A stretch of DNA of 64,000 nucleotides from Camelus ferus. Its lineage: Eukaryota. The stretch spans positions 43,898,001 to 43,962,000 of the forward strand of contig NC_045696.1 of the NCBI RefSeq assembly GCF_009834535.1, read 5' to 3'. A program made the position numbers and the translations under genes. Positions 1 to 13,700 of the stretch are shown here, piece by piece. Numbering within the stretch: position 1 is the stretch's first letter; each line of letters starts with the position of its first letter. A model generated the notes under the pieces. The model saw only the letters and a program-made list of their open reading frames with translations, was not told where the DNA came from and did no database searches.

Positions 1-559
1 TATTTGACACATCATCATGAATAAGCATATGAGATTAATAGATTTCAATTTAGAGTACAAACTTACTGAATTACATGCATGAATTACATGAAATTTTTAT
101 CAGCATGGTAGAGCTACAGGTAACTTTCTGGTTTACCCCTCCCCAGTATTGTTTTTTACATGTCCCTTTACATCAACACCAAGGTTCTTGAATCTTCCAT
201 GATTTACATTCCAGAATTCCCATATTAATGAGACTAGGGAAACACTTCCCATGTTTCTTCCACTTAAGAATCACCTAGAGATTTGTTAATGTCGTACAAC
301 ATCATCTCCAACTCCTCTGGGGTCGTCTTAGTCTGATCAGTCTCTTCCAAGGCCAATGAAGGACACATCTCCTAAAAGATTATTAGCTTCTTACTGCCCC
401 TTTTCATGAAACAAACTGAGCTTTACTTATTTTTCCTTTAAGGTGAAGCCATAAAATCATTTGCATAATATCTGCTTTTTTCTGTAGGTGTTAAAGACAG
501 TTTTGCCTGAGAGATAGAGATATAATTCCCTCCATTGGTTGGGTTGACTTTTTCATTGT

Positions 560-730
560 CAGGGTCTTTATATTCACCACTTAATTAAATCCTCAGAACA
601 ATCTTATAAGGTATATAGCCCTGTTTTTTGAACATGGACAGTAAGATTTAGACAGACTAAGTAATCTTCCTTAAAGTAACAGAGTTCAGTATTTAAATAA
701 AGGCAGTCTAACTCCAGAGTCTAGACTATT
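560..730 (-). mobile_element. MIR SINE, antisense (further MIR fragments at ~960-1140, 1390-1560, 19810-20020, 28100-28230, 44330-44520, 46860-47030, 59900-60100)
   Basis: ttaaatcctcagaacaatcttataagg...gactaagtaatcttcctt...aggcagtctaactccagagtc. Confidence 0.65.
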
Positions 731-3700
731 AAACTGGAAGTAATACTATCTCCATACAGTGGGCTGATATTTCTGAGTTAGTATATTTTTTAAATAATAA
801 TGATATACTTGTTATTATGTATATTCCCAAATTATCTTTTGGAGCAAAAGCTATGAAGGAATTTTTGCTGGAACTTTTCCAATTGCAAATATTCCAGAAA
901 TTATTTGGATCCCTGTTGGTCTTGTTTCGATATTCGACATGACAAAATCACAACGTTCCAGCCATGTGGAAAGATATTGGGGTAGAAATCTGCAGATTTG
1001 AATCTGATCCTTGCCTCTCGTTAACTTTTCCAGAAACTTGGATAAATATTTTCAACGTACTGAATTTTAAATCAGGATGGTATCTTCTATTTCATACCAA
1101 CTTCACAGACATGTTGCAAGTTAAATTATTTACCCTAAAGTTTTAAGAAGACACTGTCAGACAAATTCATTGTCTTTCAACAGTATGACTGAAATGGAGA
1201 CACTATTCTCTTAAAAAAATTAGTATTTTGATCCATATGTTTAACTCTTGAGGCTGGAATCCTAGTCTTAGAATTTATTTTTAGTCAACATATTTTTCTT
1301 AATACCAAACTTATCCATGGATCAGTTACCATTTATTAATTTTGAAGAGCTTAAGAAAAATGAAAATCTAAATTAAAAATTATTATGTTAAATGTGGGTT
1401 GAGCACTTTATATATATCACATCCGTGAAAAATAATTTATATCAATTTCCTCATCTAGAGATAAAACTTAATAAGAACTCAGTTAAAGAGGTTCCTCAGC
1501 TTGTCCAAAGTCACATATTTAGCATATCTTAGAAATAGAGTTTGAATTACAATCTCTTTTAATGCAGAATTCAGGAATTAACCAAGGGCAATGTTACTTC
1601 TTGAATGAAAAATTAGTTGAAAATCAATTCTAACAAAAGTAAAAGTGGCAAAAGTTCAGCAGACAAGGACAGTTTGGTATTCAAGAAGTCAAAATTCCCA
1701 TTTTGGCTTTTACTTTTGGTTCATGCTGTTTTCTTATTGTTCTTACACCTGAGGAGTTGACAGGGCTTGTACCTTCTTTCATTTAAGAAGTCACTGGTAT
1801 GTAGTTTTGCTTTGTGTAAGATACAGTTTTCCCAATGGTATGTTGGTCTTTGTTAACTCCCAGTTGGAAAACTAGTACACATGACTCTTTTACTGAAAAA
1901 CCTCCAGTCATTTCAACTGTGCAAAATACAGCAGCTTAACTCCTAAGCATAATGCACAACTTTGACATTTTGCAGTGCTGGGACATTATGCTCTACACTG
2001 GCAATCTAGCTCCAATATAATTTACAATGATTTTTCTCAATTCTTTCCAATGGGAGAGCTCTACTTTTGTTGCACTAAGCTTTTTATTACCTTTGTTTTT
2101 CTTGTGTCCTTTTTACCTACCATATCTTACATGTATAGACTAGTGAGTAGTATGGAATGAAGGTTAAGGATTTGAACTCAGGCAGTGGATCACCAGTATT
2201 CAAATTTCAGTTCCATCTCATTTTGTACCCTATGTCTCTGTCTCTGTCTGTCCCTGTCTCTCTCTTTCTCTCCTCTCTTTGTGTGTCTGTTTCTCTCTCT
2301 CATTTTTACTGTCTTTTATTCCTAAGGGTTATCATATGTTAAAATTCAATTAATTTTCTATAAATTCTAAGTCTTGTAAACTGTTCAAAATTTACAAGAA
2401 GGCCCAGATCAATTCTGGCCTCCTCAGTAAAAGTGTTCTGCTTTCCTTAATGCAGTTATAGTTTTTCTCCTTTGGCCACTTATTCTCTGTACCACACATT
2501 GAGCACACAACTATACTGTCTCAGATTTTAATTTGTAATGAGTAGAAGTGTCATTACTTGAATGTTTTCAGTCAGTAAACACATCAAATCACACAGTAGA
2601 TATATTCTTCTATTTTTAGGCACTTCCAATGATTAGAAATTCATTTTTATAATTAAAAATTGAGATTTTATTTTAATTTGAACTTTGCATATTTGGAATC
2701 TAAACTGAATAAATTCTAATGCATTTTTATGAAACATGACTGCAAGTTATCATCTTTTTTTTATCTTTTCATGTTAAACCTTTCAATTTCTTTAACCAAT
2801 GTGGGTAGGTCATAGAGCAAATAATGATCAATAGGCTTAGAAAAGTTTATGTAGTTTCAAAAAATTCCAGGTTTGCTCACATTAAATATAATAAAATAAG
2901 CTTTAAATATTACAACAGATGCCATAAGTTTAATTTAATATAAAAAATCTAGAATTATCTTCTTTAATGAATTGTCCAGGTGTTGTGGTTTGCATAACTT
3001 CCATTTCAAAAGGAGAAGAGATATGTTTTTCATTGGAAACTGGGTTGTTCATTATTATTAATAGTAGTAGTATTATTAGTATTATTATTATTAACCCATT
3101 TGTTATACAAAAAAGAGAAAACCATGAATTGTTCTTTTCATGACTCTGTTCTCATTATGCATGTTTTTCTTTGTTACCATCTGTAACAGCTTATATTTAA
3201 GAATTTGGCCTAAAAATTATCACAAGTGTATTTACATATCTTGCTATATACATATTCTTTCTTCCACTTAAGATATCATTCCATTGAGGAAACTTGCTAT
3301 GAAGTAACAGTTTGCCAAGTTTTGCTACAAAGATACACAACTGCTGTCAAATAGCTTGTAAATTAGTTGAAAGAAAAATTATTTTGAAAAATTAGAAAAA
3401 ACAAGTTCTAAATTATATGACATAGTAATAGGTAAAACTGAAGTTTATAAAAGACAAATTCCAAAGCAGACTGAAAGAAGGCCAGATTTTGAAAGAAAAT
3501 GATTCTTAAATAAGTTTAAGAATCAAAAATGGATGTTATTCTAGATGGCAGAAGAATAGAGTAAGTCATGAGTAGAATATCTGTAATATGTGTAGAGGTG
3601 CAGTTGGCATAAAAAGAGGAGATAGGGTTTGAGCTGGTGAAGAAAGAACAACTTACAGAATATTTTTGAAATTCAAGGAACATTTACACTTGACACAGTA

Positions 3701-4829
3701 GGTCATAGGGTGCTATTGTAAGTTATTGAGAGATTAGTGCCATCATACTATTTCCTTATCATTACTATATCTGCCATTGGTGCTATTTTGTCGGATTGGT
3801 CTGGCAAATGTATAAAGTAAGAAATGGCAAGAAAGGCAAACAAATCTGGGCAAAGAGACTGACTAAATACCTGCTGCAGATATCAAATGGTGAGAGTCTA
3901 GAGTAAGGTGAAGTGTTTACAAAAATCTCAATTGAATGAATGAACACATTTCTATATTTGAAAGAAGGTGTTAGATTTCTAATTCCTTTTTTTTTTTTTT
4001 GAAGGTTTTGGTTTTGAAGCATTACATTTTAAAGCATAGATTTACCATATATGTCTAATAAAACAGATTACTTTTTTCTCATTCTTAATCTGGCATTCCC
4101 TAAAATAAATAGAAAGGCATTACCAATTAAGGACATTCAGATTTGCTTTTCTCTTGTAATTTTTAGCCCTTAGCTCTTGTTTACTTCAGGTCATCATGAT
4201 TTCAACTCATTAAACTGCATTTCGTATTATCAACATTCTTGCTAGTAAATTTGAACTGGTTATTTATATAGTTGAGGTCAACTTTTAGCTAAGATATTTT
4301 AAGACTATGTATTTTTATTATCTGATTACTCTCAACATGCTCCATGAAGAATGCTTCCTTTGTTATAGTGAGAGGAATAAAGCATAGCTATTATACATGA
4401 GGATTATACTTTGAGGAAAAGAGAAGCAATAAAAACTTTTTAGTATAGTTATTTGCAGTATCTGAAAATAAAATCTCCCCTAAGAAATTTTGAGTTCCCC
4501 AACTCTAGCAATATTTATTCAGTTATAAAGACTTGATTGAAATCCTTTTATGAAGGATAGATAATTAGAATTTAGGATTAAACTAGATGCCCACTGAGAT
4601 AAAAACCAAACAATGAATATGCTTTGACATGAGCAGAGAGGGTAAGTTAGTCAGAGATAAATTCCCAAAGCTTCCTACAACTTGCTTCTCTGCATTTCAA
4701 GAGTCTCTTCTGTAATTAGATCTGTGATTTATTTAATACACAAAAGTGGTGCTTTATTTTCCTCATTAACTATTTTAAGATTAGATTCACTATTTTAAGA
4801 TTAAGATTACAGAAACTTGTACCTAGATG

Positions 4830-4950
4830 GGATGGATATGCACTTGGTTTAATGCTTTAATGTTACTGTCTTAAAATTCTTAAAAGTTTTTGAATAAGAA
4901 GTCTTATACTTTTAATTTTCACTGGACCCTCTAAATAATGTAATCCCCTG
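4830..4950. mobile_element. MER91A-like hAT-Tip100 MITE fragment
   Basis: cacttggtttaatgcttt...ctgtcttaaaattcttaaaagtttttgaataag...ttttcactggaccctctaaataatgta. Confidence 0.6.
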
Positions 4951-4959
4951 GTGCTCTGA

Positions 4960-5360
4960 AGAAGACCAAACAGAATAACAGAGTGATAGGCTGAGGTGAA
5001 ATTTGGCTATTTTAGATAGTGAGGGTGGGGAAAATCTCTCTGAAGAAGTTTTATTCTAATTCAAGCCTCAACAAGGTATCCATGTGAGCAGAACATTCCA
5101 GACAGAGAAAACAAGAAATGTAAAAGCACCGAGAGTGCTGTGAGTTTGCTGTTGTCGAGTCTGAGAAAGCAAGTTTGTATGACTGGATGGTGAGGTAGAT
5201 GACAAATGATAGGAGATGGGGTGAGACAGGTGGTGGGGACTAGGGTATGTATAATAATTTGGTATAAAAAGGAGTTTGATTTCTCTTATGTGTGCAATAG
5301 GCATTCACCAGAATGATAAAAGAAGAAGACAAACACAATACTAATTTGGGCTTTATGTTT
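4960..5360 (-). mobile_element. LINE-2 fragment, antisense
   Basis: ctattttagatagtgaggg...ctctctgaagaag...gcagaacattccagacagagaaaacaagaaatgtaaaagcacc...aggagtttgattt. Confidence 0.65.
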
Positions 5361-7059
5361 GATTGTTCTATTATGAGAAAAGGTACATACTGTTATTACA
5401 AATATTGTTTCCAGGTAAACATAATGGACGCATTTGTTGAAAGTTGGAAAGAAGACATTCCAGAGTTAGGTGACAGAAATAAAACATCTAATCCCATTCT
5501 GTTTTCTTCATTTTCTTATTTACTGTTTGTCAACAATTTCTGAATCTTTTGTGTGGGCTGCCCACATTCTTGAGTACTTCATCTCAAGTCCACTTCTGGA
5601 CAAAATAGGAGTCTAAAACATACAATCAGTTGACAGGAGGAAAATATGTACCTGTTTATTCTCTGAGTAACGAATGTTGTACATCCTAGTACAAGATCAG
5701 GATTTTTGTACCATGCCATTTTTTTCCCCTGGAATGATTCTTCAGCATAACTTACAACTAAGGATGAATGAAAACAGAGCAGTTTATATTGATTAGGTAT
5801 GGGAGACCTTCGTTTAATTAGATTCTCTAAATGTATTCTAAAACATCATCACCTTTTAAAACTCTAGTCATCATATTACTTAGCGTGACCACATTACTCA
5901 TTTTGACCATCATAGGTGTCATATTCCCCTTGAATTTGAAAAATATTGCTTCTAGTCCCAGTATAATAAAGACAATGTACAAAATGATATATAAAAGCTA
6001 CAATTTATGCTTTAAAACACCACTTTTAGGCTTTGTAACTTTTTAAAAATATGTGTTTGAATATAGAGAAAAAGATTATCCTAAATACTCCTTTTATTTC
6101 TTTAGATTCATTCATCTCTAGTAATAGCTTGAGCAAAGGACATATACAGCATGTACTTACATGAAAAGTAAAGTGCCCTTACATTTTATCATAGTACTTT
6201 AACAATCTCAATAAATGGGAGGTCAAGTTTAGAATGCATCATGGTATTTTTGAAAATTTGTTAACTACGATGGAAACCCACAATTTAGCTAGGAGAAATA
6301 GATACTTCCCTTTCTTGATCATATTTTACTCTTGATAATTCTTATAATTCAAGATGAGTATTATGTGGTTCTATAATTATATTTTATGTTCTTGACATAA
6401 ACAGGAATTTTATGATTCCCTAATTTGGCAGAAAAGAACAGCTCCTATATTATAAATTCAATGTTAATGTTAACCTTATCTCGGAAGGAAAGAAATGAGA
6501 GCTACAATTATGAATTTGTATTTATGCAGTCTAATGTCTTTCACATTTTATTTTTATTATTTATCTGTAGGAATAAAAATCATTACTGTACCATCAGATT
6601 AAAGCCAAATCTTAACTTATATTATTTTTGTATTTGTATCATTTTTCTTTTGCCCATGAGAAATATATTCCATAGAAAAAAGTCATCATTTTTGAGTGTT
6701 AATATACTATCGGATATTCTGAACACTCTTTAATATAGCTGTGGTCAGCAAAATTCACAGGAAATACAAGTGGTCACATAGAGCCTTACTCTTGGACTCC
6801 AAATTTTCCTGGCTGTTCCTTTTACTGTAAACTTTCAGGCACACTCGAACTTCTAAATGTTGCCCAAGGATGATGTAGAAATCAGAGACAGAGAATTGAC
6901 AGAGAATTGGACGTAAGCCCCTCATGCTTGAAACATTGCAACAGAAAGTACATGGATGATACAGTCACACAGACTTCTGGCTTTAGGAATTAAAGACTGA
7001 GTGACAATTACTTCAACTCTCTGAGGCTGTTCCCTAGATAGAATGGAAGCATACTCTCC

Positions 7060-7549
7060 TGTAAAAGGGAAATAATGGACCCTCAAAGATGCTTATGTTT
7101 TAATCTTGAGAAGCTATGAATATGTTACCTTACACAGCAAAGGGACTTAAAAGACATGATTGCTAAAAATTTTGAAATGGAGGGATTATTCTGCATTATT
7201 TGTTGGGTAAAATGTAATCACAGGGGTTTTCGTAAGTTAAATAGGGAGGCAAGAGAGGCAGAGTCAGAGAAGAAAATATGACAACAGAAGAAGAGGTTGG
7301 AGTGATTTGACCCACATTTGCAAGCTTTAAAGGTGGAAAAGGACCAAAGAATGTAGGTGGCCTCTAAAAGCTGGAGAAGTCAAGAAACTGATTCTTCCTT
7401 AGAGCCTCCGAGATTGCAGTCTTGCCAACACCTTGATTTTAGCCAGTAAGATCCATTTCATACTCATGAGCTCCAGAACTGTAAGACAATATTTTATAAG
7501 CCATAAGATTTGTGGTAATTTGTTATAGCAGCAATAGGAAATTAATGCA
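7060..7549 (+). mobile_element. MaLR solo LTR (MLT1D-like)
   Basis: TG...CA ends (tgtaaaaggg...aattaatgca) flanked by ctcc on both sides; internal tgaatatgttaccttacacagcaaagggac, ccttagagcctcc and ttgtggtaatttgttatagcagcaataggaaa motifs. Confidence 0.88.
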
Positions 7550-10216
7550 CTCCCCATTATAAGATTTTGTAAAGATTAAATTTTTTCAGCCCAGACGTGG
7601 GCCTCAGGAAACATTGTATTACACGAGGTGTAAAGGGAACTTCCGCAGAGATTTGCTGAAAACTAAATGTGTGGATATTCTTTCTTTCAACTTCTCTTAT
7701 CCAAGCAAAAATGATTATAATTAACTTGGGGAGATAAAAGGACTTGGGCCCAGAAAGAATATGTTTGTTTTTTCTTAGCATAAGCAGTTTCAGCAGGCTG
7801 AACAGTAATGCTCCATAGCCTTAAAAGTATGGTTAAAGTTTTCCCATGTGGTGCACATCTCAGCTGAATACTGAATCGCTGGAGTTCACTTGCCCTGTGT
7901 TTTCCCTCTGTCACCACCACATTATCCACTGTATCTTTTTCCCTTTGCCCCATGGAGTTCAATCATAGGTTAGAAGTTTCAATTGTTTTATTGCTTCAAG
8001 GCACATTTAGATGATTTTGAGCTGACCGAGAAATCTAACCTGACATGATAAAAAACAAACAACTCTGCCTCTCGGAATGTGTATGATTATGTGTTAGCGG
8101 TTAGAAATGTACTCCTGGTTTTGGAGTAAGAAACTGCCATGAATGTCACAGCTTCTTGTACAGCTCCAAAACATTCCAGATGACAAATGTTTTCAGTTGC
8201 CATAAATAAACATTCACATATCCCAATTTATGTACATTTTCTTAACCAGAGTATGGGTCTTAAACCATCCCCTTACTCCAAAGTGTGAATGGCCTCAGCC
8301 AGAAAATGAAACAGATTTTATTTAACAGACTAGAAGGAGCTATATGGAAATTTTACACCATGTTTTATCTACTATCCTGTGACATGTGCTTTTAATTATT
8401 TTATACATATTTAAATATAACAAATGTTTCTCAGAGACCTAAGATATAAGATAACATTATAGTTATAATTTTTATTCATTCCTGGATGATCTTACAGCTT
8501 AGAGGTAGGTATGACACTTGAGGCCTTAGAATGTAAAACAAAAGTAGATGTTTAATTAGAAAATAAATTAACTGTGCATTTATATTTTTAATGTATTACA
8601 TGAATCATTTACTACAATTTCATCTGGAGATGTACATATTTTCATTGCCTTTTAGAATAGTAATCACCTTTCTTTTACTCTCTGGCACCAAAATATAATT
8701 TGAATGACTTTTTTTTTTTTTAATCCAAGAGCTATGTAGAGCCATCATATTTTCTTAGATTCTGTTAAATCCATTAATGATATTAAAATGATTAAAGTCA
8801 GCTACACCAGATTTGACCTGCCCCATTATCAGGATATTTAATTTAACAGGGCATTTATGTAGAAGGGCTTTCTTAATAGTAATGTTACTTGAAGTTGTGG
8901 GGGTGTGAGCCTTTCATGGAGAGAAACAGCCACTAGCAGCTGGAGGACAATCTGTGAGGGAGGTTATTGATGGGGAAGCAACTTAAATGATATATTGTTG
9001 ATATTGTATAATCATCTTCCTGTAGAAATAAATATAAAGCCAGGAAAGACTAAATAAATTAATTATACATAAAGGAAAAGAGAAAAATGAAAAGAAAAGG
9101 ATAATATATTATATTTTTGCCCAACAATTGTGTTTCAAACAGAATTTGGAAAAAGGATTATGCAAATATATTTAGGTGGGAAATTAACATGTCAGTTACT
9201 AGATCCCAGGTATCCTTTTTGCATTCCCATTCACCTCGCTACTCTTCTTCTCTTGCATACCACCTCCTCAGCTCCTGCAGGAAGGCTAAGTCTAAATGTA
9301 AGAATTACAGACTCAGAAGAAAATTCAGTCTCGGTGGCTTTTAAAACCCTCAGAATTTATTTCTCCCTCGGGTTAAGTGGGAGTAAGGAGAAGAATAGCC
9401 CTATTTACAACAATAAACATTAGCAAAAAGATATAAGCATGTTTTGAAAAATGAAAAATATAAGTAATGTAGACAACAAAATTATATTCCAAAATTTGAT
9501 ATAGATTGGAAATATAAAGACTTTCTTACTATATATAAATGTTTACTACAATATAATTATAATTTATATTATATTATACAGTTTACTACCATGTATTATA
9601 TGTAAACAATTTATAATATAATTTGCTACTATATATAAATTATTTGTGACCTTATTTGGAAGAAAAGTTAAGAGACTCAACAAATAGATGATTTTACTAT
9701 ATGTAAACATGTAACATATTAGAAAGAGAACACTGAAGCATAAGAACTATTCAATAAATAATGCTAGGGCAAATTAAACACATTTATGAAAAACAAAGTT
9801 GAGTTTTAAAGAGTTAAAATATCAAAGTTTAAATGCCTGAATAATGTTTATGAAATTTCTATGCTGTAGGGAAATATTCTAACAACAAAAAGAAAAATTC
9901 AAAATTAAAGTTTTGGTAAAATCTATAATATAACTTTGAAATTGAAGTCATTAGAATGTACCCACTTGGGAAATCATTGCAAGGAAAAGAATAGACGAGG
10001 GGTTGACAACCTTAATGTGTTTAAAAACCTGGTACACTTCAGTAGGAAAAAAACTAAAATATAAAACAATAAACAGGCAAAGAAAGCAGATAATTAACAA
10101 AAGAAGAAAGATACATAGCTCTAATAACAAATATGGAATAACAATGTCATTTATATACAAATAAGTGGGAATTAAAACAAAACTGATGTACCATTTTGGT
10201 CCATCAAATTTCCTTT

Positions 10217-10750
10217 TGTTTAGTTACTCCAAAAGGTAACATTCTTGTCATACCTGAAAGATAAGTTTACAGTCAGGGGATGGTGCGTTGTGTAGTGGAG
10301 ATTTTAAAGATTTATTTAGAAAAGAAAAAGTACACCTCCAAGGAGGCGGGCTGATCTAAGGGAGGAAAGTGTAGGTTACTGTCTCCCTTTCTCTTATACC
10401 CTCTCTTAGAGGTGGTCTTTTGATTGATTGATGGCTCTTGTCCCTGGAATGCTTAGTCATGTCTGGCCCCTTTTGCTCATGTCCTTACCCATGGTGTACA
10501 CAGAAAAACCCATGGGGGGTTGGGGGGCAGTGTTAACCAAAATGTTAATTATAATACAGTGAACATTGGGTCTTATCCAGTTGTCCTTTCTGCTACCATG
10601 CAGTAGTGGCTGTCAGGTTTTAACCAGTTTCTTGTTGGCACTCATTTAGATGAAGTAAAGTCCCTTTATGCTGGAGGTGGGCATAACACTATCATCCTCC
10701 CTCTTTTCCACCTATCTGCCCTGTGCCCCTACCTATCAAACTACCTAACA
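10217..10750 (-). mobile_element. ERV1-type solo LTR, antisense, inserted in an old L1
   Basis: The minus strand starts TGTTAGGTAGTTTGATAGG and carries, in order, CAATCAATCA, a TATA-like TATAAGA (~10392-10398) and AATAAA (10311-10316), ending ...TAAACA. It is GC-richer than its flanks. Confidence 0.7.
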
Positions 10751-13700
10751 GATTAATAAGAATAATTATTGGTATCATAAGCACAATGAAAAGAGGTATA
10801 AAATAATGCAAAACACTCATTATCACTGACTCTAATGCTCCTGTTAAAGATGGGCTGAGACAAAATCAACTCACCTTCACCTTGAACTCCAACCTTATTT
10901 AGCAATCCTTCTTCCTCAGAGCTTTTTACCAACTAGATTCTAGAGTCTTATTTTCCTATGAAGTCATATATTCTAAATAACTAAAGAGGTGTGAATTCAA
11001 GGCTTTTCTAGAATGTTGCAGAATCTATCAGCTTTGGCATGGTCATATCTGAAGAGCAGCTACAGAGCTGAAACTTCCCAGAGCAATACATAATGAATGT
11101 CTTCTTCAGGATGGCTAATTTAGAAGCTATACATGTAATAAAGGGTATATTTACCTGCCTTTTATCTCCTCTGCCCCGATTAAGCTGAATTATTCCATGA
11201 TTCAAGATTCAAGAATCAGAGGTTAGAGTATAAAATACAACTAAGTATTCCACCACCTATTTTCTTTTATTTATATACCTGGTTGAGGAAATGCTGTATA
11301 ATGAACATTTCAAAGCTAAGAAGGTAAAAATATGTTTTTGCATCCAAGTGATTTAATGGCAATAATTGAAGAAGTTTTTTGTTAACTCTTATTACAAGTT
11401 AATGACTAAGGAATAGGAGCAGTCCTCTTCAATAATAGTAAATATTTGGGTAGTATGAAGAAATGCATTCATTTCAAAAGGTAAAAGATAAAGGAAGAAA
11501 GTAAAGAAGAGACAAGCAGAGATGTAGGAAAGGACTGATTCTTAAGACTATTAACACATTCTCCGTTTTTCTATTAAGTACACATGACACTGAGTTCAAA
11601 AGTCTCCCTTGTCTTTCCACTTGTAGTCAAGCTGATTATCAACAATATTTTAGAGAGACACACATTATAAGCAAATCAATATAGCTTATGTTATTTAAAG
11701 AGAAATTGGAGTTTATTTTTCCATATTCATATTCTCCAGAGATCCACCAATTGAAAATGCATATTATAACTGGAAATAAAGCAATGAAAATAATCTTTGA
11801 TTTTATACTTTCTAGTACCATTTCTTATTTTATTCATAGATATAAGTGTAACTTGAAAAACATTTACTTTTTACCATCTAAGAAGCTTCAAGAACAACCT
11901 CCAGTTTTCAGATCCTCCTTCAGAATGTTATATATTTAACTGTTAACAAAATAGTTAAATTTCAAAAAAAAATTGCAACTGAGAATTTAACCAACAAATC
12001 AATGTCCAAAGTATGTTCTGGAACCAATAAAGATTTATTACAGCTTCTAATTTTTTCTGTTGCTATCATATTGTACTATGAGATAGATGAGTCTACACTG
12101 CTAAAATATAACAAAATTATTTGAAAGATAACTGATTCTACTACTATTTGCTTTGGAATTATTCTGCCCTCACAATTGTTTCAGTTCATTGTCATCCTCT
12201 GCATCATTCACTACAAATATTTTCTGCATTTTTATTCATCCTTTTCTGACCCCAGCTTTTCATCATACTTATAATTGGCATTATTTTTTAAATTCCTGAG
12301 ATCGAAGCCATTTAACACAAACCTCCACATTTACTTTTGTCACCTCATACATATTCTGTATTATTATTATTTTTTTTTTATCAATTTGTCATTCTTCTTT
12401 ACTGCATCATAAGAGAACAACTCTATTCTTTACAGAGCTGCTGGCTTAGATTTAACTGATTCTAAATTTCACACACACCTGTTTCATCAGTTACAACACT
12501 CCTTTTTGTCTTCTGTTTTATTCCTTTCCTCTTCATTGTATCTGTTCTCTCACTTGCACGTTTTATTCCCCCAAATCTGGCCATAAAATGCTCCAACTTC
12601 TCTTATTAAAAAAAAAAGAAAGCCAGAAAAAAGCCAGAAAAAATAAACCCAAAAACATTCAGAAGTCCTATCAGTCACTCCATTTAAGGAGGGAGAGATT
12701 TACTGAAAGCATAACAACTATGCATTGTAACATATATAATACTTCAAATTTTATTGATGAGTTAATTAAGAGGGTTAAGGATTAATTAGAGGATTAAGGG
12801 TTAATTTGCCCAATGTCACAGGTAAATGGTAGAATTGAGATTAGCTATGTTCTGCCTGTCTCCATGTGACACTGTCACATTTATTATTTTTATAGTAGCA
12901 AGATTATTCCCTATACTACCTTTATACAATATATGGTACACAATATTTTCTATCTGACTTCTGTTACCTACATTTCTTTTTAAACTCCTTTCTTGAAGAT
13001 AAGAAAGGATATGTTTTTCAGTAAACACTACAGTTTCTTCCAGCATCTTATATTCTTTAAAAATTCTGGGAATTATTACTCAGCTTTTCCTTGTTCTTAT
13101 AATTATCTGTATTTTTGGCTTTCATGAACCTTATTCCCCTAGTTCATTTTCATTCTTTATGGCTGACCTTTTTCTCTTCTTTTGCCTTTTCTTCTTCTTC
13201 TTTTTTTTTTTTTTTTTTATCCTGAAAGTTTTGTCATTTGCTTCTATATTGATAGTCTCTCACTTGGACTCATTTTACTATATCCCAACTGAGCTATTAC
13301 AATGGCTGAGCAATTGATAATTTTCTCTTTTTTTAATTTTTGAAAGGCCAAGACCGAATCTCTCTGTAGAATAAGTTCTGTTTAGTCAGTTAGAAATGAA
13401 AGACTGAAAATGAAAGATACCTAATTATTAAAAAATTTTTAAAGGAAACATACCAACTATTATTTATATCTAAAAAATGTAAATTAACACAGAGTGATAA
13501 ATGATATTCCAAATACAAATCACCATAGATAACTTAGCAAAGAAAAAATAACTTATTGAAATAGTAGTAGGTAGCTCATAGAACTATTGGAATAAGTGAC
13601 CTGACTTAGAATGTGGGCATAAAGGGATGCTGGTTAGCCAGAACAACAGCCCAGTCAAGCACAGAAGCAGGGCAGTAGGGACCTTCTGTCATAGCCCTGG

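Noticed and set aside
4769..4803. Small tandem duplications (also 12620-12640, 24881-24906, 50438-50482)
   Set aside because: Ordinary slippage events at the expected background frequency.
5415..5469. Plus-strand exon-like peptide VNIMDAFVESWKEDIPELG
   Set aside because: Weak donor (gtgaca), unrecognised peptide and adjacent to L2; not distinguishable from chance.
9520..9720. AT-rich quasi-periodic repeats (ttactatatataaat, gtttactac)
   Set aside because: Low-complexity slippage within an old L1; there is no regular repeat-spacer structure, so it is not an array of interest.
11875..11939. Minus-strand exon candidate (ttttgttaacag|...GATG|gtaaaa)
   Set aside because: Stops occur in all three frames and there are no supporting neighbouring exons.
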